Both the position numbers and the translations under genes were made by a program. Of a stretch of DNA of 64,000 bases, positions 19,181 to 28,733 are shown piece after piece. Location: the IMG/VR virus record IMGVR_UViG_3300009545_000020, positions 7,444 through 71,443 of that record, one strand, 5' to 3'. The DNA is from a virus. Under the pieces are notes generated by a model. The model did not search any database. It saw only the letters and a program-made list of their open reading frames with translations, and was not told where the DNA came from. Numbering within the stretch: position 1 is the first letter of the stretch; each line of letters starts with the position of its first letter.

Positions 19181-19615
19181 TCAGGCGATCTGTGACTCGT
19201 TGGCGCGACCGCGCACGACGTAGGTGACGCGGACGGTGACCTTGCCGGCGGTGGCGTTGGCACCCGCGTTCGCGAGCGCGATGCGGACGTTCTCGCCGAC
19301 ACCCACGTAGCCCGTCGGCACGAGCACGGTGCGGCCGGTCGCCTTGATGTTCGTGGCACCCAGGTAGCGCGTCGCGTTGCCCGAGTCGCCGACGGTGATC
19401 GTCGCGGTGCTGGAGTCGTTCGAGGCGATCTCGACGGTCACGTCGCCGCCGATCACGATGGCGTTCGGCGGGAGCGGAATCACGTCGGCGATCGGCGCGG
19501 CGACCGAGAACGCCTTGACGGTGCCATCGGTGGCGAGGATGGTGTCCGTCAGGTTGAAGACGAACTCCGCGTGGAGGGCGTACTGCGCGGTGCGCGAGGC
19601 ATTGAGCTTGGCCAT
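19181..19615 (-). CDS. Capsid decoration / minor capsid protein (144 aa)
   Basis: Directly after the major capsid gene; LPPNAIVIGG...ITVGD beta-sandwich pattern; GGAGG RBS. Confidence 0.6.
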   Translation of the reverse strand: MAKLNASRTAQYALHAEFVFNLTDTILATDGTVKAFSVAAPIADVIPLPPNAIVIGGDVTVEIASNDSSTATITVGDSGNATRYLGATNIKATGRTVLVPTGYVGVGENVRIALANAGANATAGKVTVRVTYVVRGRANESQIA

Positions 19616-19628
19616 GATCTGGGCCTCC

Positions 19629-20741
19629 TTATTGCTGAGCCACGTACGTCGAGATGACGCCGAAGTCTTCGGTGGAGTTGCCCTCGTAGATCGAGCCGAA
19701 TTTCGGCTTCAGGAACCCGAAGATCTTCCCCAGCTCGATACCTTGCTGGTTGCCGTAGTCGAACTCTTTCTCGTTCCACTCGGGCTCGCCGATGTCGGCC
19801 ATGCCCAGCGCTTGAGCGCCGCAGAAGAGAACCTGGCATCCGTCGACCGTGCCCGAGCTGCCGTACTTCGAGCCCGAGGCCGCGCCCAGCGTGTTCGGCA
19901 CGTGGCGGAACTCGTGCAGGTAGATGCCGTCGATGTTGACGGCGTCGCCCGTGAACAGCTCGTTCTTGTCGCCGCGCGTGATCGCGTGGCGCAGGTTGAG
20001 CATGTAGTCCTGGTCCATCTTCAGCTTGGCCATGGCCAGCGGGGTCAGGAACGCGTGATAGGTCTCGCGGCCGCCCGATTCCTTGACGCCGCGGATGTAG
20101 CGGGTCTTGGCGTAGGCCTTGAGCTGCACGAACATGTTCCAGGTCGGGAAGTCGACCGAGGTCACAGCGCTCGACGCGGCGTTCGCCACCAGCGTCTTGT
20201 TCGTCGCATCCCAGCGCAGGCGGCGGTTCGAACTCGGCGCGGCCACGTCGGCTGCGAATTCGAGGAACGGGAGATCCGACGAAGACCGGGTCGAGCCGTC
20301 CGGCTTCAGCGTGTAGCTGATGCCGGCGAGGGTCAGGAACGCGAGCTGGTCGATGCGGTCCGCGAGCCAGTAGGACAACACGTCCTTGCTGTTCGAGCGG
20401 AACTCGACGACGCTCTTCTGGTTCGCCATCTTGCCTTCGTGGCGATTGGCGTGGCGCAGCTGGTCGATGCGGATCACCTGGTCGTAGGTGAGCATCGATT
20501 CTTCGTTGCCTTCCAGGGTGCGGTCGCCGGCCACGCCGTCGCCCACCAGGTCCGCCAGCAGCGTGATCACGGCGCGGGCGCCCTTCTCGCTTTGCTTCAG
20601 CTCGGTGATGTGCTGGATCAGCGAGTTCGGACCGGAACCCAGGAACCGGTTGACGAAGGACATGTTCCGGGCATTGCGCCAGGTGTCGCGAGACCAGATG
20701 GTCTTCTGCTCGTTCGTGAGCAGCGAGAAATTGGTAAGCAC
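19629..20741 (-). CDS. Major capsid protein (N4 gp56 / DUF4043-like)
   Basis: TNFSLLT.EQK..WSRD, GDRTLEGNEE, IDQLRHA and DYGNQQGI motifs; GTG start with GGAGG RBS. Confidence 0.9.
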   Translation of the reverse strand: MLTNFSLLTNEQKTIWSRDTWRNARNMSFVNRFLGSGPNSLIQHITELKQSEKGARAVITLLADLVGDGVAGDRTLEGNEESMLTYDQVIRIDQLRHANRHEGKMANQKSVVEFRSNSKDVLSYWLADRIDQLAFLTLAGISYTLKPDGSTRSSSDLPFLEFAADVAAPSSNRRLRWDATNKTLVANAASSAVTSVDFPTWNMFVQLKAYAKTRYIRGVKESGGRETYHAFLTPLAMAKLKMDQDYMLNLRHAITRGDKNELFTGDAVNIDGIYLHEFRHVPNTLGAASGSKYGSSGTVDGCQVLFCGAQALGMADIGEPEWNEKEFDYGNQQGIELGKIFGFLKPKFGSIYEGNSTEDFGVISTYVAQQ

Positions 20742-20849
20742 TTGGTGTGCCTCCTGCGGGGTCTAAGTTAGAGACTCGGGTTCCTTGCCGAATCTCGCTT
20801 CGGACCTGCGCAGGGTTCGCGCCGTATCGTGGCGCCGCCGATGCGCGGC

Positions 20850-20880
20850 AGTTTACTCTAAGTTAGAGCTTCGATGTCAA
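20850..20880 (-). promoter_or_regulatory. Sigma70-like capsid promoter: TTGACA-N19-TAAACT with a palindrome in the spacer
   Basis: -35 at 20880-20875, -10 at 20855-20850; palindrome CTCTAA-C-TTAGAG at 20856-20868. Confidence 0.6.
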
Positions 20881-20885
20881 GCCGC

Positions 20886-20912
20886 AAAGAGAAAGGCCCC
20901 TTTCGGGGCCTT
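20886..20912 (-). terminator. Rho-independent terminator upstream of the capsid promoter
   Basis: The minus strand reads AAGGCCCC-GAAA-GGGGCCTT-TCTCTTT. Confidence 0.75.
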
Positions 20913-21033
20913 GGTCAGTCCAGCAGGTAGAGCCGTAGCCTCGTGGGCGTCGGGATCTTGACCAGCCTCGGGTGAGGCGGCTTCGGCCGGCAGAGCCGCG
21001 CGAGAACGCGGACCAGGCGGCAGAAGTCGCACA

Positions 21034-21351
21034 TCACGCCACCGACAGGGTCAGCTTGGTCGGCGTGGCGATGGTGATCGTCACCGGGGCCGTGGGCACG
21101 ACAATCGTGGCGTCGGCCGGCACGACGGGGCCGATGGGCGCCTCGTCGGCGTCGACCAGGCTGATGGTGCCGGCGTAGGTGCCGGGCACGGTGACCACGA
21201 CGCTGATGCTCGTGGCGCCGATCGCCGCGGTCTGCTTGACCTGGGCGCCGGTCGTGGTTTCGGTCAGGGTGAGGAGCAGGCCGACGGCGGCGGTGCCGTC
21301 GGGGTAGGTTGCGTTGGGGTCGTTCTCGATGGTGCCGTTGACGGTGGACAT
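21034..21351 (-). CDS. Small Ig-like beta-sandwich protein (105 aa)
   Basis: Thr/Val/Ala-rich beta strands with a PGTY motif; AAGGA RBS. Confidence 0.5.
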   Translation of the reverse strand: MSTVNGTIENDPNATYPDGTAAVGLLLTLTETTTGAQVKQTAAIGATSISVVVTVPGTYAGTISLVDADEAPIGPVVPADATIVVPTAPVTITIATPTKLTLSVA

Positions 21352-21440
21352 GGGGGCTGTTCCTTGCAAGGGGGAAGCGGGGACCATCATCGTATCCCCG
21401 TTCTTAGATCGTGGTTAGAGCTTAGATGTTTCAACGTGTT

Positions 21441-22979
21441 TTAGCTGATCCGAATCAGACCGACCCGCCCGATCGTCAGTCGCGCGGTGCCCGCGCCAGC
21501 GAACGTCGCAGTGAGATTGATCCGGAAGATCGACGGCGTGCCGGTACCGGGGATCGTCAGCGGCCGAGTCTTCGAGACCAGAGTGAACGACTCGGGGTAG
21601 GGTCCGTCGGTGGAAGCCCACGCGTTCTCCCACGAAAAATAGTTCGTGGTTCCGTCGTAGTACTGCAAGTAAAACTGAATACCCGACAGATTCCCGGCAC
21701 TCGTCAGCGCCGCGCCACCGGCACCCGAGGCCGAGATCTCGGCGACAGCGATATACGTCGCACCGACGACGGCGTTCGCATGTTGACTCGGGAATCGCGC
21801 TTCGTATGCGTCACCAGCTGCGGTAGCGGTGACTTCCATGGACATATCTTGTCCGAACCCGTCCGCGCGCGAAGCCACCGAACAGACGCACGCTGACGGA
21901 GAACCGCCGCGGTTGATCGAGATGCCGCCGGTCGGGATATTCCCCGAGACGTTCGTGCCGGTCGCAGCAGTCGAACCAGTGAGCAACGGGTTCGGTTGAA
22001 GCTGAAGAATCGCACCGTCTGCGGCGATCGTCGCAGCGTTCGATGCCGGCAAGATGTCGGTGTACGAAGGGATCGTCGCGAGAATCCACGATTTCAGTGC
22101 TTGTGCTTCGCGATAACCGCCGAGATTGTTCTCGTGCACCGTCGCATCGCGGAAGTACGTCGACAGCGACTCGATGTTCGCCGAAGTCGGCGCGAGCATC
22201 GAGTTGTAGATGTCGACAATCTGCATGCCCGGAGTCGCCGCGACATAGTCACGGATCTTCCGGTTCAGGTTGTCGAGTTCCCGCGCTTTCGCAGTCGTCA
22301 TGCCGCCGGTAGCGAATGCCGGCAAAGGAATCGTGAGTGCGACCGGAGTGATCCCGGCGGCGAAGAGCGCCTTGTAGATCTTGATGATAATCGGCATCGT
22401 TGCTGATGCCGTCCCACCATTCGTGATGATGTCGTTGAAACCAATCGACACGAAACAATACCGCGGCGCGAATGGAATCACGCCGGGGGAAGTTGTCACG
22501 ACGGCGGCCTGACTACCGATAGCGCCGAAGCCTGCTCCGAACGTCGCGTTCGAGAGCCGGTTCAACAGCCCCTGCGCGGTGTCGCCGGAAACACCAGCGT
22601 TCGCCACGAGATTCAGACGCTGACGAGCAAGCGCGTTGCCCAACGTGAACCACCGCGGACGGCCGGTGATTGCAGTCGAGCTTTGGTCATAGTGCTGTTG
22701 AACGCGCGAGTCGCCAGCGATTGCGCACGTCACGCCGAGATCGGGCCGCTGTTCGATGGCGTTGATCTGAAACGACGAAGCGTTCGACCCATCAACGAGT
22801 GTGAAGCTCTGGCGGCGGAAGTACGGCCCGAAGGTCGTGACCCCTGCGGCCAGCGGCGTCGCGAGCGATGCCCCCGACGCGTTTGTACGAGTCACGGTGC
22901 AACCGGCGGCGCCAGCCGTGACTGTCATGATGGAGCCGACTTCGAGTGCGACGGCGTGATTTCCGACTGTGATAGTCAT
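21441..22979 (-). CDS. SGNH/GDSL hydrolase (polysaccharide deacetylase-like) virion protein (512 aa)
   Basis: Conserved blocks IAGDS, NAGVSG, IGFND and DATVH. Confidence 0.75.
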   Translation of the reverse strand: MTITVGNHAVALEVGSIMTVTAGAAGCTVTRTNASGASLATPLAAGVTTFGPYFRRQSFTLVDGSNASSFQINAIEQRPDLGVTCAIAGDSRVQQHYDQSSTAITGRPRWFTLGNALARQRLNLVANAGVSGDTAQGLLNRLSNATFGAGFGAIGSQAAVVTTSPGVIPFAPRYCFVSIGFNDIITNGGTASATMPIIIKIYKALFAAGITPVALTIPLPAFATGGMTTAKARELDNLNRKIRDYVAATPGMQIVDIYNSMLAPTSANIESLSTYFRDATVHENNLGGYREAQALKSWILATIPSYTDILPASNAATIAADGAILQLQPNPLLTGSTAATGTNVSGNIPTGGISINRGGSPSACVCSVASRADGFGQDMSMEVTATAAGDAYEARFPSQHANAVVGATYIAVAEISASGAGGAALTSAGNLSGIQFYLQYYDGTTNYFSWENAWASTDGPYPESFTLVSKTRPLTIPGTGTPSIFRINLTATFAGAGTARLTIGRVGLIRIS

Positions 22980-22988
22980 GGCTGTTCC

Positions 22989-25157
22989 TTAGATCTTTTC
23001 GAGAGAGAAGTCGTCGGCGTGACTCGTACCGGTGAATGAGTTCCACGCGACTTCGACCTTCACCTGTGCTGCGCCGGTAGGAGCCCGGTACGTCGACCCG
23101 TAGAGGGTGAATGCCTGGGTCGCAGACAAAGACGCAACGGATTGCGTGCCGTCGGTCGCAACGACTTGGCCATCAGCAGAGAGCCAGTACAGCGTGAAGG
23201 TGACAGTGCCGGTGGAGATCGCCTCGATGCTCAGCGAGCCGCGCAGCAGATACTCCATGCCGGGCTCGACACCGCCGAACGCCTGGCTGAGGTTCGTTGT
23301 ATCGCCGACGCCGACAACCTGCAGCGACGTGAGGTTGCGCAGCGGGATCGTTGCCGTCGCGCCCGTGCCGTCGCCGGTCACCGTCAGCGTCACCGTGCCG
23401 GTGACTGCGTAGGCCTCACGCGTCTTGGTGTAGCTGGTGATCTGGCCGCCGACGATGTTCGGCGTGATCTGCAGTCCCGAGCAACCCGTCACCGTCACGG
23501 CGGCCGTCGTGTACCCGCTGCCCAGCGCGCCAGGCACCGGGTTTCCGAAGCCACTGAACGACGCCAGATCGGTGTTGTAGACCGCCGTGTCCTGGCTCAG
23601 CGTGTTGCCGCCGTCGACATACGTCCAGCCGGTCACGACACCCAGCTCGAAGCCGCCGTTGCGCAGCAGGTTCGTGCGGGTGCTGATACGGCTCGGGGCG
23701 CCGCCTTGGCGCTGCGTGTTGATGTTGCGTGCCGAGACCGTGCCGAGCCCCGCGCCGGTATGACTGAACATCTGCGTGCGCTTGCGCCCGAACGCAGTCC
23801 AGTAGACGCCGTCGACCGATGCTTTGATTCGGTCGCCAGCATTCGGCGCGATCTCGAAGAGGTGCGCGCGGCCGGCCGCGTTCTCGGTCTGCACGCCGTT
23901 CGGACCGTTCTGCGTGATCGCGCCACCGCGCATGTTGAAAGAAGTGGCCGGGCCGCCGCCCGTGTAGCTGAAGACGCCCATCGGCGCCTCGTTGTTGTTC
24001 TCCAAGTGCACGTTCGAGAGATTCAGCGCACCTTGTTGCCAATCGAAGAAACGGTCGCAGTAGTCGAAAGACCCGTCTCGCATCGACATATCGAGTGTCG
24101 AGCTGCTTGCTGGGTTGTAGATCGCGATGCAGTTGCCGGCGGCGTTGCGGCAGTTGTAGATGTCGAAGCCACCTGTGAACGAGATGTTCTCGCCCGCGTT
24201 CGTCGTGCCTGCGAAGTGAAACCCGTACTTGTGTGCCGACGCGATCGTGAAGTGATCGAAGTTCACCACGTACACGTTGCTGCCGAGCACTACCCCGCGG
24301 GAAAAGCCCTGGAAGATCATGTTCTGCACACGCACACGGCCAGGGCCTGTACCACCCAAGGAAATACCGTCCTGAGTCGCCGCATCGGTGTCGGCGCCGA
24401 TGAAGTGCCCGTTCATCACCATCGACAGCGCGGAGCTGTCGTATGCGATGCCGCTGGTCGCACCGATCAGGTTGAGCGCAGCAACACCAGCGCCGAGTCC
24501 GGCGCAGTTGAATTGGATCTTCCCGAAGTCGACCGTGTAGTTCGACGAGGCAATGGTCAAACCCATCGCAGTCAGCGCCGCCTTCTTCGCATCACGCGGG
24601 AAGCGCGCGATCTTGTGCGCGGCGCTTGCATTGGCCGGAGCGAATGAGAGCAACGACGCAGCGATGTTCGCGCTGTCGTCCGTCGAACCGTTCAGTACGA
24701 CGTTGTTCGCCGACAGGACCGTCTCGAACTTGCCGAAGTCGCTCGGCACATAGATCGATTGCCCGTACCACGGCGAAGCCGCTGCGATCGTCGCTTTCGC
24801 GCTGATCGAGGTGCTCATCCCGCTCAACGTGGAGTTGATCGTCGTGAGCGCGTTGGACAACGGGGTGTTGACGGTCGTAAGATCGACGCTGGTCTTGTCG
24901 GTCAGTCCAGCGAATGTGGTGGAACCACCTCCGCCACCGCCGATGGAACCCGTGATGTCGGTGTTCCGCGCGTAGAACTTGCCGGTCTGCGGGTCGTAGG
25001 TGACGAGTCCGCTGCCGATGGCAGTAAAGACGTAGTCGATACCACCATTGGCGAGTAGCAGCGTACGCGTCGAACTGTCAACGTCGTACACCGTATTGCG
25101 CTCGTACAAGAGCCCACCGCTCACTTGGTAGTCCGCGAGCATTCGCACGAGGGACAT
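22989..25157 (-). CDS. Tailspike-like beta-helix protein with a C-terminal carbohydrate-binding module (722 aa)
   Basis: NGSTDDSANI start typical of pectate-lyase-3-like beta helices; NLLRNGGFE CBM-like motif. Confidence 0.65.
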   Translation of the reverse strand: MSLVRMLADYQVSGGLLYERNTVYDVDSSTRTLLLANGGIDYVFTAIGSGLVTYDPQTGKFYARNTDITGSIGGGGGGSTTFAGLTDKTSVDLTTVNTPLSNALTTINSTLSGMSTSISAKATIAAASPWYGQSIYVPSDFGKFETVLSANNVVLNGSTDDSANIAASLLSFAPANASAAHKIARFPRDAKKAALTAMGLTIASSNYTVDFGKIQFNCAGLGAGVAALNLIGATSGIAYDSSALSMVMNGHFIGADTDAATQDGISLGGTGPGRVRVQNMIFQGFSRGVVLGSNVYVVNFDHFTIASAHKYGFHFAGTTNAGENISFTGGFDIYNCRNAAGNCIAIYNPASSSTLDMSMRDGSFDYCDRFFDWQQGALNLSNVHLENNNEAPMGVFSYTGGGPATSFNMRGGAITQNGPNGVQTENAAGRAHLFEIAPNAGDRIKASVDGVYWTAFGRKRTQMFSHTGAGLGTVSARNINTQRQGGAPSRISTRTNLLRNGGFELGVVTGWTYVDGGNTLSQDTAVYNTDLASFSGFGNPVPGALGSGYTTAAVTVTGCSGLQITPNIVGGQITSYTKTREAYAVTGTVTLTVTGDGTGATATIPLRNLTSLQVVGVGDTTNLSQAFGGVEPGMEYLLRGSLSIEAISTGTVTFTLYWLSADGQVVATDGTQSVASLSATQAFTLYGSTYRAPTGAAQVKVEVAWNSFTGTSHADDFSLEKI

Positions 25158-25262
25158 GATGATCTTCCTTAGAGATTAGATGTCGGGTTTCATTTGCGTC
25201 TCCAGCGGTTCATGCGCTGTGGGTTGAGGAACGGGTTGTTGGGTTGAAGTTGGCTGCTGCGA

Positions 25263-26261
25263 TTACTCGGACGACACGGTGTCGCCGCGGAGTTTCGCCA
25301 TCAGCCTCTCGTCGGATTCCGCGAGCTTCGCGAACTCCGCCTGATTCATCTTCATCACGTCTTTGGCCGTGATGTTCGCGAGCGAACCGCCCGCCTTGTC
25401 GTGATCGCCGCCGACCTTGGAGATGTCGGGGGGTTGCTTGCCGACTGCCGTGGCCGTTTTGTCGACCGCGGCCTTCTTGCGCTCCTTCTCGACTTCCTTG
25501 GGATCGACGCGCGCCGTCACTTCGACGGCGGTCTTCTCGGCCACGGTCTTCGGTGCGCCCATCACGTACTTCACGGCCTTCTGAAGCGCAGCGCTCGGGG
25601 CCATGCCCTTCGCCTTGAACGCTTCGTGAAGCTCCAGCACTTCGGCGCTCTTCGCCTTGTCGAAGGTCTCGTGATCCTCGTTCAGCTCGGGGTACGCTTC
25701 TTCGATGCGTTCGAGCGTGGTGTTGTAGCGCACGGTCTCGACGGCCTGCGCGGTCGCGGCCTGCAGCCGCATCTCGCTGGTCTGCTCGATGATCGAACGT
25801 TCGAGCACGCGGATCTCGCGCGCGACGGCGAGCGCCTTTTCGGTCTCACCGTCGAGACGATGCTTTTCGAGCTTCTCTTCGAGCCCGGCGAGCTTTGTTT
25901 CCGCCTCGGTCACCTTCTGGTTGACATTGGCAGCGACACGACCGGCCGTGAGGGCGTCGATCTGAGCTTGCAGGCGGTCGCGCTCGGCCTTGGCCTCGTC
26001 GCGGGCCTTCTGGAGGATCTCCTTGTGGCGCGAGGCGGGAATGCGCGTGTCTTTCTTGCCGTCGCCCTTGGTTTCCTTGTCCTCATCGGTCTCGGTCTTG
26101 GGTTCGGGCTCTTCGACCTTCGGCTCGGGCTTCTTGGTCGTTGTCTCATCGACCTCGTCTTCCGTCGGCGTGAAGTCATCGCCGCGGTCTTCGCCGCCCC
26201 CTCCCCCGCCGTCTTCGCCTGCGGGTGCCATGAACTGATGGAACAACCAATGGAGCTTCAT
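25263..26261 (-). CDS. Capsid scaffolding protein (332 aa)
   Basis: Follows the portal; acidic N-terminus (DRGDDF, IPASR), coiled coil, and C-terminal MNQAEFAKL...LRGD. Confidence 0.7.
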   Translation of the reverse strand: MKLHWLFHQFMAPAGEDGGGGGGEDRGDDFTPTEDEVDETTTKKPEPKVEEPEPKTETDEDKETKGDGKKDTRIPASRHKEILQKARDEAKAERDRLQAQIDALTAGRVAANVNQKVTEAETKLAGLEEKLEKHRLDGETEKALAVAREIRVLERSIIEQTSEMRLQAATAQAVETVRYNTTLERIEEAYPELNEDHETFDKAKSAEVLELHEAFKAKGMAPSAALQKAVKYVMGAPKTVAEKTAVEVTARVDPKEVEKERKKAAVDKTATAVGKQPPDISKVGGDHDKAGGSLANITAKDVMKMNQAEFAKLAESDERLMAKLRGDTVSSE

Positions 26262-28396
26262 GCTGTCTTTTCCGGTGAGGTGAATGAAACCTTTGCTTGG
26301 GCTGCGGCCTGGGCCGCAGCGGCGCGGGCGTCGGCGCGTTTCTCCGCGTCGTCCTTGGCCTTCAGTTGGAGCTTGGCCTGCTCTTTCTCGCGATCGAGCG
26401 CGAGCTTCGCGAAGTCAACCTGTTGCTCGTGAGCGAACTTCTGCTGATCGAGCTGGATGTCGGCGTGGGCCTTTGTCAGCGCGGCGCCGCCATCGCCCTG
26501 TTCCTGCTCTGGAGGCGTTGCAGCGTCCTTGTGGGCCTTAACCATGGTCTCGGCGGCCTTGGCCTGCTTGAGGCCCGCGTCGGCGTGTTTCTGCACCGTC
26601 TCGGCGTTCGTCTTGTCGACCTCGGCCTTCTGGCCTTCCAGCGCGAGCTGCTGCGCTTGCTGGGCCTGCGGGCTCGATGCCGCTGCGGCCATCTTCTTGA
26701 TGATGTCCTTCTTGTTCATCAAGCGGCTGCTGTCGATCAGCACTTCGTCCGGGATGCCGATGCCTTCCTGACGCATCGCCAGCGCCTGGTCGAACTGGCT
26801 GTCTTCGAGCACTTCGCGCTGCGGCACTGACGTGACCACCACGTCGTACTCACCGATCATCAGATCGTTGACGACTTCGCCCGTGGTCTGGTCGACCTGG
26901 TTGATCGCGACCTGTTCGGTCTCACCCGTCGCGCGGTCGTGCGTGATCGTGAAGATCCGCGCTTCGGTGTAGAACTCTTGGACGATGTCGAGGATGTTCC
27001 GCGCGAGCATGAAGTCCGTGCGGGTCAGGTTGTCGAGCGGCTTGGCGAGGTGCGTGGAGCCGGCCTGACGCTTTTGCTGGATGGCTTTCGCTGCAACATC
27101 CGCGCGGTCCATGCCTTGCGCGGAGTCGGAGACACCCGAGATCGTTTTGATGCTCTCCTCGGCCTTGAAGCTCATCCGATCGAGGCCCTGCGGCGTCGTG
27201 TTCGGCTGAATCTTCTCGGCGTCGTCGATCTCCTTCAGTTCGAGCACGATCCCGGTCTGAGCGCCCTTCGCTTCGAGCTGCTCGGCGCTCATGTTGATCA
27301 ACGAACCCGCTTTGATCTTCCAACCGCTGTTCGCGGTTGTATTCAGGACGTGGAGTTCTTGAGAGGTTGTCTTGTTCAGCAGTTCCTGAGGACCCGTGAG
27401 GTTCTCGACCAGGCCGATCGTGCGGCCGTGGCGGAAGTGCGGGAAGAACGGAATGATCGTGAAGTGCTTGTACGGGCTCCAGTCATCGTGCAACAGCACG
27501 TCGTCGGCAATGACGCACCATTTGATGCGGCGCACGAGCTTCTTGATGACTTTGAAGCCGAACTTCTCGACGAAGAACGCGATCTTGTTGCGATCGAACT
27601 CCTCGGGGATCGGACGCATGTCGCCTTCGTTCGAAACGAAGTGTTTTTGCGCTGTCAGCGTCCGATACTGACGTTCGATGAGCCGGATACTCCGGTTCAC
27701 GTTCGAATCGTCGTAGGTCGTCGAGGTATAGAACGGGTTGTTCGGGGCGCCGATGCGATCACGTCGCGTGTCGATCGAGTCATAGCCGAACGGATAGGCA
27801 GCGATGCCCTTGTTACGGAGAATCTCGGCGTCTTTCTCGTTGTAGAGGACCGCGATATCGTCGGCAGTGACCCATTTCGTGAGGAATACTTCGGACCACG
27901 AGTCGGGGTCATATTCCTCGCCGTCGGGATCGAGAATCACGTTCTTCGGATTCGGAACCTCGATGCGCACTTCGCCTTGCATCTGGTCGTCGTGACCGAG
28001 GCGAACGTCGTAGAAACCTCGGCTCCCGATGATTCCATCGGTGAAAACGTCGCTGCGCTTCCAATCGAGCTGGTTGTTGTCGGAGATCTGCTTGAAAACC
28101 TTGTTCAACACGTCCGCGGTCGCTGCGGGCGCACCAGAACGCGGCCGGTAGCTGATTTCGCTGCGGTTGTAGATCTGCTCGCCGAGAACGTTCGAGACCG
28201 TGCTGAGAATCTTGTTGATCGTCAGCGCGGGGCGGCGTACCTTGGCGAGCGCTTCCTTATCTTCGTGCCGCCACTGGTCGCCCGCGAACATGCTCTCGCA
28301 CACGTCGACCTTTTCGACGTACTTCGCGTGCCCGGCATCGCGGCAATACGCGTACCGGACCCAAACCTCTTGCGTCTTGGCGGTGTTGACTGGCAT
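26258..28396 (-). CDS. Portal protein (about 712 aa)
   Basis: GDQW...RPALTINKI, PQELLNK and Gln/Ala-rich barrel tail of P22/N4-like portals; ATG at 28396. Confidence 0.85.
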   Translation of the reverse strand: MPVNTAKTQEVWVRYAYCRDAGHAKYVEKVDVCESMFAGDQWRHEDKEALAKVRRPALTINKILSTVSNVLGEQIYNRSEISYRPRSGAPAATADVLNKVFKQISDNNQLDWKRSDVFTDGIIGSRGFYDVRLGHDDQMQGEVRIEVPNPKNVILDPDGEEYDPDSWSEVFLTKWVTADDIAVLYNEKDAEILRNKGIAAYPFGYDSIDTRRDRIGAPNNPFYTSTTYDDSNVNRSIRLIERQYRTLTAQKHFVSNEGDMRPIPEEFDRNKIAFFVEKFGFKVIKKLVRRIKWCVIADDVLLHDDWSPYKHFTIIPFFPHFRHGRTIGLVENLTGPQELLNKTTSQELHVLNTTANSGWKIKAGSLINMSAEQLEAKGAQTGIVLELKEIDDAEKIQPNTTPQGLDRMSFKAEESIKTISGVSDSAQGMDRADVAAKAIQQKRQAGSTHLAKPLDNLTRTDFMLARNILDIVQEFYTEARIFTITHDRATGETEQVAINQVDQTTGEVVNDLMIGEYDVVVTSVPQREVLEDSQFDQALAMRQEGIGIPDEVLIDSSRLMNKKDIIKKMAAAASSPQAQQAQQLALEGQKAEVDKTNAETVQKHADAGLKQAKAAETMVKAHKDAATPPEQEQGDGGAALTKAHADIQLDQQKFAHEQQVDFAKLALDREKEQAKLQLKAKDDAEKRADARAAAAQAAAQAKVSFTSPEKTA

Positions 28397-28400
28397 GACT

Positions 28401-28733
28401 TCAGTTCTTCGGACCGACTGCGTCCATCTGCTCGTCGACAGCGAGGACCGCCTGGCCGGAGAGAAGCGGCGCAACGTTCTGGGCACCGAGCCACGTGCGC
28501 GGACCAGGGAACGGGTAGCTGTCCTCGATGCGATTCGGACGATCGGGCTTCGGGTCGCGGTTGATCTGGTCGAAGATCGAGGGCTGCTGGCGGATCGGCG
28601 GGGGGACCAGCGCCGCCGTCCCTACCTTGTCGATCTCGGCGACGATGCGGTCCCAGACGATGGGCGGCGGTGCCTCGGGCGCGAACGAATCACGGATGCC
28701 CTTGAGCCAGGTGACGAAGTCGTGGGGGGTCAT
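28401..28733 (-). CDS. Hypothetical protein (110 aa)
   Basis: MTPHDFVTWLKG N-terminus; ATGA coupling with GGAGG RBS. Confidence 0.6.
   Translation of the reverse strand: MTPHDFVTWLKGIRDSFAPEAPPPIVWDRIVAEIDKVGTAALVPPPIRQQPSIFDQINRDPKPDRPNRIEDSYPFPGPRTWLGAQNVAPLLSGQAVLAVDEQMDAVGPKN

Noticed and set aside
19629-20741. Classification as a true N4-like phage (Schitoviridae)
   Set aside because: The capsid is N4-type, but no virion RNAP or RNAP II genes are visible, and the phage carries int/attP and a different replication module.
28397-28486. N-terminal extension of the portal in the ORF track
   Set aside because: It overlaps the upstream 110-aa gene; ATG 28396, just after that gene's stop, is the better start.
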